A stretch of 63,234 bases of DNA, the filler included, from an uncultured Thermoplasmatales archaeon (lineage in GTDB: Archaea; Thermoplasmatota; E2; DHVEG-1), in NCBI GenBank assembly GCA_964517155.1. It is 3 parts of 3 records of this genome, joined end to end, with 100 filler letters (N's around TTAATTAATTAA, not from the genome) between each part and the next. Parts side by side here need not be neighbours in the genome. Positions count along the whole stretch, not along the records: positions 1 to 22,877 come from CAZFAZ010000018.1; 2 more parts are not named here. One strand, given 5' to 3'. Below, in pieces: positions 10,187-18,358 of the stretch (positions are counted from its first letter, which is position 1; each line of letters starts with the position of its first letter). The position numbers and the translations under genes were made by a program. The notes below the pieces were generated by a model. It was given only the letters and a program-made list of their open reading frames with translations, was not told the origin of the DNA and did no database searches.

Positions 10187-10470
10187 ATATGTCTTGTATA
10201 TCAAACAAGGATTGTACTGTGTATGAGATGAGTTTTGAAAAAGGCATGACCTGAATATTGGATGAGATTTGTATTGCGCATGCCCTGAATTTTTGATGAG
10301 GGTTATTTTGAGTATGAATCGAATATTGAACAAGATTTATGTCGTGTATGAGCTGAGTTTTGAAAGAGGCATGACTCGAGGATTGAACGAGAGTTATGCC
10401 CCGCATACCGAACGCAGGTTTAAATAGTAAAAGGAAATGTGCCCTGAGGATTGAACGGAGTTGAGAGAGG
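10187..10470. repeat. Degenerate 34-bp tandem array including two 23-bp short units
   Basis: Units start at 10187, 10221 (23 bp), 10244, 10278, 10312, 10346 (23 bp), 10369, 10403, 10437, e.g. GCATGACCTGAATATTGGATGAG, GCATGCCCTGAATTTTTGATGAG, GTATGAGCTGAGTTTTGAAAGAG. Confidence 0.7.
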
Positions 10471-10625
10471 TTTTTTTCTTCTGTTGGATGACGCGCAGAG
10501 TGAACAGGGATGAGCTGGTTTAAGCCTTTTTTATTTTGTTTTTATTATTATTTATTGCAAATTGCTTTTATTTTGTTATAAAATGAAGCGTAATTTATTT
10601 GTTGTAGCCCGCTCTTTTTTATTTT

Positions 10626-10805
10626 ATGAAAATAAAAGATATCCCATGGTATAATCGTCCTGGTATGCGTCTTAAGAAAAAAGGTGTTAGTAGTCTTTCA
10701 GACGCAGAACTTCTGGCAGTAGTTCTCGGCCGAGGCAACACAAAAGAAAACGCAATTGACATTTCAAACAGAGTTTTGAAAAACAACAATTTCAACAAAC
10801 TTTGA
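10626..10805 (+). pseudogene. radC: RadC (UPF0758) N-terminal fragment, 59 aa, JAB domain missing
   Basis: MKIKDIPWYNRPGMRLKKKGVSSLSDAELLAVVLGRGNTKENAIDISNRVL then early TGA. Confidence 0.85.
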
Positions 10806-10899
10806 AATAGATTAACTTAACTAATTTTATACTAAAAAGGCTTCAGCCTAAAATTCAGTAATACCCTAGCTTTAGAACAATATTGAAAAATATTTAGAA

Positions 10900-12219
10900 C
10901 TAACAGGCTTTAATTGTTGTATCTTCAATTATTATTTCTTTTATGTTATCTTTTGTTTGTTTAACTGTACAATTAGATATTTTTTTTGGATTTACATCAA
11001 GATCAAAAATTATTATTTTGTCATCTAGTACGGATAGTAATAAATCATGTTCAGGGCCTTTTTCATACATTGCATCATCAGAAAATAAAGAACCTCCTTC
11101 ACCACCTGCGCCAGATAGGTATAAAAATGATATTTTCATCCCTTTTTCTTTTATATATTTCAAAACATCCTGCCATTTTTCATGAAAATATTTAAAAACT
11201 ATTTTTTTCCCTTTAAATAATAGTTCACATTTAGTAAAACTTAATTCATTTTTTTTATGCTCTATATCTACCACATTAAAACCTTTTTTTTCTAAAAGTT
11301 GAATAAAATTTTTATGTTTAATTTCATCACTAAACTTTTCCATTTCATCATTATCCGCAAAGAAAAATTTATCAGTGATATCATATAAGTATTTTAAAGG
11401 AACAAAAATATCACTGGCTGTTCCAGGATAAAAAAATAATCTGTTATTTTCATTTAAAAAATTATTAATATTATTCTTCAAATCTGTATTATACAATTTA
11501 TCAAATTTAGATTTATCGCAACGTAAAAAACCTTCAGAAAAAATATTTTTCATTATAAGAGCATTGTTTTTTCTTTTTATTACTTTATTATCTTTTGGTT
11601 TTATTTTTAAATATTTGCTATATAATTCAAGAGCCTCTTTATAACTATTAATTTTATAATAAACATTACCTTTGTTTCTTAGTGCTTTTGGATTTTTTGG
11701 GTCTATATCTAATATTTTATCAAAATATTTAATGGATTCTATATTTTTATTTAAATTTGCTAGTAAAACTCCTTTATTGTTCAAGGCATTTATATTTTCT
11801 GGTTCTATATCTAATACTTGGTTGAAACATTCTAAGGGTTCTTCTAATATTTTTTTTTCTGAATATTCTATAACAGCTAGATCAAATAAAACTTCTTGGA
11901 AATCTTCACGATCTGAATCTTTTAATTTTTCCCTTGATTCTTTTATATCTTTAAAATATTCTTTCTTTTTCATTTTATAAAGCAGAATTCCTTTATTGTT
12001 CAAAGACTCAACATTATTTGGTTCATTTTCTAAAACTGAATTAAAATATGTTAATGCTTCTTCATATCTTTTAAGATATGTTAATGCTACTCCCTTATTT
12101 CCTAATAGCTTTTGATTTTTAGGATATTGTTTTAATCCTTCATCGAAACAAAATAATGCTTTTTTATAATTTCCGTGTTTTAAATAATCTTCACCTTTTT
12201 CATTCCATGATTTAACCAT
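10900..12219 (-). CDS. TPR-repeat protein with possible C-terminal SAM-methyltransferase-like domain
   Basis: Repeated NKG..L...(Y/F)..A..(Y/F) TPR units; C-terminal FFYPGTASD...FFFAD. ATG at 12219 preferred over TTG at 12243. Confidence 0.7.
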   Translation of the reverse strand: MVKSWNEKGEDYLKHGNYKKALFCFDEGLKQYPKNQKLLGNKGVALTYLKRYEEALTYFNSVLENEPNNVESLNNKGILLYKMKKKEYFKDIKESREKLKDSDREDFQEVLFDLAVIEYSEKKILEEPLECFNQVLDIEPENINALNNKGVLLANLNKNIESIKYFDKILDIDPKNPKALRNKGNVYYKINSYKEALELYSKYLKIKPKDNKVIKRKNNALIMKNIFSEGFLRCDKSKFDKLYNTDLKNNINNFLNENNRLFFYPGTASDIFVPLKYLYDITDKFFFADNDEMEKFSDEIKHKNFIQLLEKKGFNVVDIEHKKNELSFTKCELLFKGKKIVFKYFHEKWQDVLKYIKEKGMKISFLYLSGAGGEGGSLFSDDAMYEKGPEHDLLLSVLDDKIIIFDLDVNPKKISNCTVKQTKDNIKEIIIEDTTIKAC

Positions 12220-12400
12220 GTTAATCATCAATTTTTGAAACAAATATTTTTATTATAACTTTTTCTATAAATTTACTAAAAAAGGACAAAGGTGGAGCAC
12301 AGTCAGAATCAAAAATAGAATTCCATGAACTAGGATCTTGGACTCATGCTATAGAAAGGGGATTAAATCTTTTAAGAGAAAAAATAGAAAAAAAATAAGT

Positions 12401-15400
12401 TTATTTCGCCTTATCTATTTTTTTTACAAAATTATTATTTAAAATTTCATTTTTGTTTAAAATCTTTCCATCTTTTAATTTAATATCTAATTCAAAATAT
12501 ATTGCATATACAAATAAATCAATTTTTATTTCTAAATTTCTTATCATTTTTACAATTTTTTCATCTATAATAGAAAATTTCTTTTTATCTAAATTAGAAA
12601 TATTAATATTTAGATCCATTTCACTTATATGCCCACAATTATCTTTCAAATATTTTTCAAAAATAAATTTTGCAATTTCTTCATCTTTACATAATAATTT
12701 TAATCCTTCTTTGTTTAAGTCAATTATTTTATTATTATCATTAATTTTAGGTGTATCAATAAAATCTCGTACACCTATGCCTTTTGGATAAATTAGTTCA
12801 AAGTATTCATTTTTTTCTTCTATTTGATAATAATTTATATCTTTTTGTATCTCTTTATTAAAGAAATCTGATGTGAAGTTTATATTACCATTTTTAAATT
12901 TAATATAATCTGATTTTATTTCGTGAATATCTTTAATTTCCTTTACAAAATTCTCAAAAATATCTCCATTAAAATCAATTTTTTTAATAGGGAATCTTTC
13001 ATAATTATCTATTTGAGTTTCATAACGATAATATTTACCTAATTTTGAATTTAGAATTCCACTTATGTAATATAAAATATCTTCATTGTCGTTTGTCAAA
13101 AAATAGCAATTTTTTCCTTTTACAGCATTAAATAATGGATAAACTCCTATCGAATCTACATAAAAATAATCACATGAAAGTATTAGCTTGTATCGTTTTT
13201 TCATTTCATTTGGATCTCTTTCTCTCCATAATTTATCTTTATCGTAGTAGATATAACCAGGTTCTGAATCCAAGGTGTAATCTATTATTTGTTTTGGGTT
13301 TATTGATTGTTTTATTTTTCTTGAATCAAAATTTCTTTCACCAAAACGTTCCTTTATTATTTTTTCTAATTTCTTTTTATTATAATCAAAAAATAGGTTG
13401 TCTTCCTTTGTGATTATACCATTTGTCCAAACGCCAAAGTTAATTAAAAAATCTGTAGATTCTTTAATTTTTTCAAGATTTTCATCAAATTTGATAAGTT
13501 CATAGTCTTCATTTTTCAAAAAAGAATTTATAGAAATTTCTTTGAATTTTAAATCATTAATATTCTTCGTTTTGAAGGATAAAATATCATTTTTATTTTT
13601 TGCAGGTTCTTTCCATTCTATAATATTAAAATAATCAAATTTTTCTTTTACTGAATCCAAATCAGAAATATCAAGATATTTTACTTTATGATTTTTATCA
13701 GGCTTATTTTTGGTCATTAAAATAATTGCAGTAGATATAGATGCTTCTGGAGAAAACATAGAATTTGATTTTTCCATTATTCTATTAAAATTCACGATAT
13801 AATGGATGGTATAATTATTTAACCAGTATTTTCTCATCCATTTATATGTCGGTAGGCTGAGAAACGTATTTGACGTAATAAAACAAATGATACCTTCGTC
13901 TTTAATGAGTTTGTCTGCAACCCCGTATGCAAAAGCATACATGTCTCTAAGTTTACCACGATTTCGTTCTATTTTGGGGATTTTTCCTTTTTTAATAGAA
14001 TTCCAATTAAAACCTATTTCATTACCATTTTTATCAAAATTATATTCAGAATATGCAAAAGGTATAAGTTCTTCTTTCATGAAAACATTTGGTTTTATAA
14101 TTCCATATGGAGGGTTAGAAACAATAATATCATATTTTTTTGTCTTTGCATCTTTAATTTTTCCCCTTTCAATAAATGTTGTTTTTATTTCTTCTGAATA
14201 AAGGGATGATTGGAACTGATTATTGCCGTTATTTTTAACATAAGTCAAATCAAATGAATTTGTTCTTAATAGATTTAAATCTTTTATAGGGGTATCTTTG
14301 AGACGATCTGGAGGAAATGATTTAATTAATCTAAAATATATGTTAATATCTGCTATACTACAAGATAATGGATTTTTCTCAAAACCAATCAAGGATTCTT
14401 CAATTTTTTTATCTTTATTTCTATCTTTAAAAAAATGAAAAACTTCGCCTTTTACAATTTTTTTTCCACTATCAGCCATCTTCATATGTAAAACAGCTTC
14501 ATTAAGAAATGTTCCACTACCCATAAAAGGATCTAAAATATCTAATAATTTTTGATTTGATGGATATAAAGATCTTTCAAATTTATTATTATATACTTCA
14601 TTAATCAAATACCACATTAATCGAACAATAGGTCGAGGGGTGTAATATTGACCCAACATTCTTCTATAAGTTTTTCCTTTTTCTTCGTCTCGATCTTCTT
14701 GCAGATAATGCTCATAAATATCTCCTAAGATGTCTTGGTCAAGTTCTTTTAAATATATTTCATTGAATACTTTTAAAAAATGTAAAAGAGTATATTCTTC
14801 AATCTCTGAAATTATCCAATCATATATATCATGTTTTAACAGGAAATGATATTGTTTTAAATCTTCATTTTTAAATTCAAAAATATAATTTACATATTCT
14901 CTTAATTTTCCATTTAAAAATTTTTCATACAATATACCATTTGATAGATATCGGCCAGCCTCTTCTCCTTTTAAAAAAATATTGACTCCTTTTGTTCCAC
15001 TATCTTCTAAAATTCTAATAAAAAGAGTTTTATTTATTATTGAGTAGATGCAAGTAACTAAATATTCATTATAATAATAATCTTTTCCTTCAGGATTTTT
15101 ATCTTTTAAGATGGAGTCTAAATTGCTTTTATTTATTGTGTTTTGTTTTTCGAAAAAATTATCCAAATAATTCATTTCAAATGTCCACAAAAAGAAATTT
15201 AGAATTAATTTAAATTCTTCATTATTAACTAACTGAATAAAATTTTCTTTAAAATATTCAGCATCTAATGAATTATATTCATGTAGGAAATTATCTAGTA
15301 TTATATTAAATTTAACAGATATGTCTTCGTTAATCTCTTCCATTATATAATATAAAGATTTGATAAAATTATCTCTTATTTTTCTATTTTGAATATTAAA

Positions 15401-15976
15401 TCTATCTGAATTTTTTTCAGGATTTGGGAAATCATATGTTTCAAAAAGATTTTGATGGGATAAAGTTTGAAATTTTTGCTCATCTTCTTTAGAAAAGTTA
15501 ATAAAATCAAATTTTCTTATAAGATATTTCTTAAGTTCATAGCTCTCTGATTTTGATATATTATCTGATTTTAAATCTAGTTTATTTTCGTTTATTATCG
15601 CATCAGCTTTAAAAAGAAAAAAAGAAATATAATCTGTTGAGGCGATGTAAGTTATTTTACCTATATTTGTTTTAATATAATTTTTAAGTTGTAAAAAATC
15701 AATGTTATCCAGATCCTTTTCTAAAGACCCATAGTTTTTGGTTTCAATAACAAAACGAGACATGGTATTTTTAGATTTGACTTCATTATTGCCATATAAT
15801 CTAATATCAGGGGTTTTTCCTTTTTGAGGAACATCATCGTAAATATTCTCAATAGAATATCCTAATTGTCCTAATATTTCATCAATAAAAATTCTCCGAT
15901 CGTTTTTTTCAAATCCCGTTTGTATTTTCTTTTTATGATTTTTTTCAAGTGCGTTTATATAGTCGCTTAATTCCAT
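12401..15976 (-). CDS. Type IIG/Eco57I-like fused restriction-modification enzyme (N6-adenine MTase)
   Basis: N-terminal PD...ETK nuclease motif, GQYYTP, motif I ILDPFMGSG, motif IV NPPY, TaqI-C-like YISGILNSKL. Confidence 0.88.
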   Translation of the reverse strand: MELSDYINALEKNHKKKIQTGFEKNDRRIFIDEILGQLGYSIENIYDDVPQKGKTPDIRLYGNNEVKSKNTMSRFVIETKNYGSLEKDLDNIDFLQLKNYIKTNIGKITYIASTDYISFFLFKADAIINENKLDLKSDNISKSESYELKKYLIRKFDFINFSKEDEQKFQTLSHQNLFETYDFPNPEKNSDRFNIQNRKIRDNFIKSLYYIMEEINEDISVKFNIILDNFLHEYNSLDAEYFKENFIQLVNNEEFKLILNFFLWTFEMNYLDNFFEKQNTINKSNLDSILKDKNPEGKDYYYNEYLVTCIYSIINKTLFIRILEDSGTKGVNIFLKGEEAGRYLSNGILYEKFLNGKLREYVNYIFEFKNEDLKQYHFLLKHDIYDWIISEIEEYTLLHFLKVFNEIYLKELDQDILGDIYEHYLQEDRDEEKGKTYRRMLGQYYTPRPIVRLMWYLINEVYNNKFERSLYPSNQKLLDILDPFMGSGTFLNEAVLHMKMADSGKKIVKGEVFHFFKDRNKDKKIEESLIGFEKNPLSCSIADINIYFRLIKSFPPDRLKDTPIKDLNLLRTNSFDLTYVKNNGNNQFQSSLYSEEIKTTFIERGKIKDAKTKKYDIIVSNPPYGIIKPNVFMKEELIPFAYSEYNFDKNGNEIGFNWNSIKKGKIPKIERNRGKLRDMYAFAYGVADKLIKDEGIICFITSNTFLSLPTYKWMRKYWLNNYTIHYIVNFNRIMEKSNSMFSPEASISTAIILMTKNKPDKNHKVKYLDISDLDSVKEKFDYFNIIEWKEPAKNKNDILSFKTKNINDLKFKEISINSFLKNEDYELIKFDENLEKIKESTDFLINFGVWTNGIITKEDNLFFDYNKKKLEKIIKERFGERNFDSRKIKQSINPKQIIDYTLDSEPGYIYYDKDKLWRERDPNEMKKRYKLILSCDYFYVDSIGVYPLFNAVKGKNCYFLTNDNEDILYYISGILNSKLGKYYRYETQIDNYERFPIKKIDFNGDIFENFVKEIKDIHEIKSDYIKFKNGNINFTSDFFNKEIQKDINYYQIEEKNEYFELIYPKGIGVRDFIDTPKINDNNKIIDLNKEGLKLLCKDEEIAKFIFEKYLKDNCGHISEMDLNINISNLDKKKFSIIDEKIVKMIRNLEIKIDLFVYAIYFELDIKLKDGKILNKNEILNNNFVKKIDKAK

Positions 15977-16016
15977 CTTTTTCAGTATCCTTTATCCACT
16001 TTATAAAATATTTATG

Positions 16017-16190
16017 TTAACTACGAATAGATGCACGATAAAGTTTTTCCAAAGCTTCATGAACACGAACATCTAGAAAAGCCTCTATACTTTCTTCAAC
16101 CTCAGTTTCAACCTTATAAATATACTGCAGTTTAAATTTCTGAGGACACGGCTCAAAACAACTTAAACGTGAATGAGAATAAACTGTCAT
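16017..16190 (-). pseudogene. N-terminal stub of a PD-(D/E)XK (RecB/Cas4-like) nuclease
   Basis: MTVYSHSRLSCFEPCPQKFKLQYIYKVETEVEESIEAFLDVRVHEALEKLY, then stop before the catalytic core. Confidence 0.75.
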
Positions 16191-16233
16191 CAGCATAAAA
16201 GAATAAGTTAACTTATTTTAACTGTATTGGAAA

Positions 16234-16341
16234 TTAAAAAGTTGGTGGAACATCATCATTACTAATGATAGATACTTTACAATCATCACAAATTCCGTCA
16301 GGATTATCAGTTTCGTTTACCCCACATATTTTACATATCAT
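16234..16341 (-). CDS. 35-aa Cys-rich micro-protein (CxxC...CxxC), copy 1, full length
   Basis: MICKICGVNETDNPDGICDDCKVSIISNDDVPPTF*, GGTGA SD upstream, two further diverged copies in the window. Confidence 0.7.
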   Translation of the reverse strand: MICKICGVNETDNPDGICDDCKVSIISNDDVPPTF

Positions 16342-16487
16342 ATATTTCACCAACCCATGGAATTACAACCTCAAGCAACCAACGGGGGCGAAGAGTCGTG
16401 GGTGAATAGCCTATTCAAATTGAAATCACTAAGAATCAATAGAATTATTTATTTTAGTCTTTTAAATTTTGATGAAAGAAGGGGATT

Positions 16488-16670
16488 TCAAAATTTATTA
16501 TAACAAGTTGAACAATACTTTTTTGCATTCAAACTATGAAGAAACTTGTCTTGTATGTATTCTTTATAATAAAAATCACCAGTAGATATTGGATTATTGC
16601 ATTTGTCACAAATATGGTTTGTTCGTGATTTCGTCTTTTTAAGTACTTTTATGTTATTATATTTACTCAC
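16488..16670 (-). CDS. Small zinc-finger-like protein
   Basis: CDKC...CSTC in 60 aa; starts 3 bp after the Mrr-like gene stop. Confidence 0.6.
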   Translation of the reverse strand: MSKYNNIKVLKKTKSRTNHICDKCNNPISTGDFYYKEYIQDKFLHSLNAKKYCSTCYNKF

Positions 16671-16673
16671 AAT

Positions 16674-18155
16674 TTACACCGTAGCATTGATGTTATCATA
16701 CCAATTTTTAAATTCATCATGAGTTTTAATCAAGGTATATTCTATTGGTCTCTTCGATCCAGTCCATTTAATCAAGTTTTCAATTTCTAAGATTCCTAAT
16801 GCCATTCGTATTTTATATTCTTCAGCTTTACCCTTAAAAGGTCTATCTGATGAAAGATCTTTTTCATTTAGCATGGAGAAAATCAAATCATTATTTACAA
16901 CATTTTGATTTTTGAATGCATTAATAATATTATCAATAATTGTTCTAAAATGCTCTATAGGGCAATAATGTTCATAATGATTATCTTTCCGTGCAAGAGC
17001 AACAACTGAATGCCCTTTAATGTACCATTTAAAATACTTCGTTCCAGTTTTTCTTTCTATGTTGCTTTTTTCAGGAACTGAGGGATTTGAGATAACAATT
17101 GGTTCCATGTACTTTTCTATATCAATAAGAAGATATGATATTTGTTTAAAAATATTGGCCACATCATTTATTTTTATCGTTAGAATATATTTATTTTCTG
17201 AAATCTCTTTTATGCCATTAATAAATGGTAGTTTGAATAAATTAATGACATATTCAATATCTTCAGGATTTATTTCGAGTTCTTCAATCTTTTCTCTTCC
17301 AGCCAGGCTATCAAATGTAAAATAACCCAACCTATCCTGGAGAGATTCCATTTCCTCAATAATAGTCCTGAATTGTTCTAATAAATTTCTTCTAGAGATG
17401 TTTTGGGTAAGGAGGTCATCCAACTGTGTGCTTCTCTCACCCAGGCCTGAAAATAAATCTTTTAACTCAGAAAGTGTGAAAGGAAATTTGGAATGAGCCT
17501 TTATTAATTTTATTAAATCTGATGTCTTTAATAAAGAAACATTATATTCTTTGGCTCGTCTGTCTAAATTCCCACCTGCAAAATCATGCCCCACTACAAC
17601 TATATAATCTGCTTTGTTTTTTTCACGATGATCTTTTAATGATAACCAATTAATTTGACTATCGATGATTTTTCCGTTCTTACTTGTTTTTCCGTCAACA
17701 CTTACTTTATATGATTCTTGACCAATATTGGCTGTCAGTAATACATCTGTGTCTCCACTCCCACCAATTAATTCTGCTCCAAATCCTAAAAAGGAAAACG
17801 CGTCCTTAATCGTTTCTTCGAATTCTGTTGGAGCATTACTCTTAAGTTCTCTTTCTTCTAAGTTATCAACAATGTTCTCTATATCTGTGAGCGATAATCT
17901 CTGCACAACTTTGTTGGATTCAATTGCAGTATTCCATTCAGCTAGTCCAAACACACCACGTTTTTCTTTTGTAAATAAAGATTCATCTCCCTTTTTTTTG
18001 ATATCCATGTATATCTGGGCACTAATGGTAGCTTCGGGTGTTTTTCCTTCAGAACTAATTAGACCTTCTTTTTTCGCTAAAGCACATATTTCTTTAGCCG
18101 TGAGTGGTTTATTCGAATTTTTTAGTATCTGGTATGCAGTTTCTTTATATGTCAT
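16674..18155 (-). CDS. HARE-HTH plus Mrr-like restriction endonuclease
   Basis: N-terminal AYQIL..KPLTAKEI...GKTPEATISAQIY (HARE-HTH); FEE..F..LGF, GDTDV, VSVDGK (Mrr-like core). Confidence 0.8.
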   Translation of the reverse strand: MTYKETAYQILKNSNKPLTAKEICALAKKEGLISSEGKTPEATISAQIYMDIKKKGDESLFTKEKRGVFGLAEWNTAIESNKVVQRLSLTDIENIVDNLEERELKSNAPTEFEETIKDAFSFLGFGAELIGGSGDTDVLLTANIGQESYKVSVDGKTSKNGKIIDSQINWLSLKDHREKNKADYIVVVGHDFAGGNLDRRAKEYNVSLLKTSDLIKLIKAHSKFPFTLSELKDLFSGLGERSTQLDDLLTQNISRRNLLEQFRTIIEEMESLQDRLGYFTFDSLAGREKIEELEINPEDIEYVINLFKLPFINGIKEISENKYILTIKINDVANIFKQISYLLIDIEKYMEPIVISNPSVPEKSNIERKTGTKYFKWYIKGHSVVALARKDNHYEHYCPIEHFRTIIDNIINAFKNQNVVNNDLIFSMLNEKDLSSDRPFKGKAEEYKIRMALGILEIENLIKWTGSKRPIEYTLIKTHDEFKNWYDNINATV

Positions 18156-18358
18156 AGTATTAACCCTAATGACTCTAATATTAATAGCATTTTGTATTTA
18201 AGGCTACTCACCTACGATTTTGCAAAACAAGTTATATCCAAACTTAGTTCGTATATCATTCCACTTTGGCATCATATCTGAACTATATGCATCTATCATT
18301 CTATATCCATTGACCTTCATCTTTAAACTATCGAAAAGATTTTTTATCTTACCCAATT

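Noticed and set aside
10155..10406. 83-aa minus-strand ORF
   Set aside because: Overlays the non-triplet repeat array and has no recognisable protein features
10187..10470. Possible CRISPR array
   Set aside because: Units are too degenerate, tails are only 0-11 nt, and no cas genes are present
16017..16190. Cas4/CRISPR adaptation gene
   Set aside because: Only an N-terminal stub of a generic PD-(D/E)XK nuclease; no cas1 or array
18204..18320. 38-aa minus-strand ORF between the UvrD and Mrr-like genes
   Set aside because: No motif and no similarity to the repeated micro-ORF; cannot be supported
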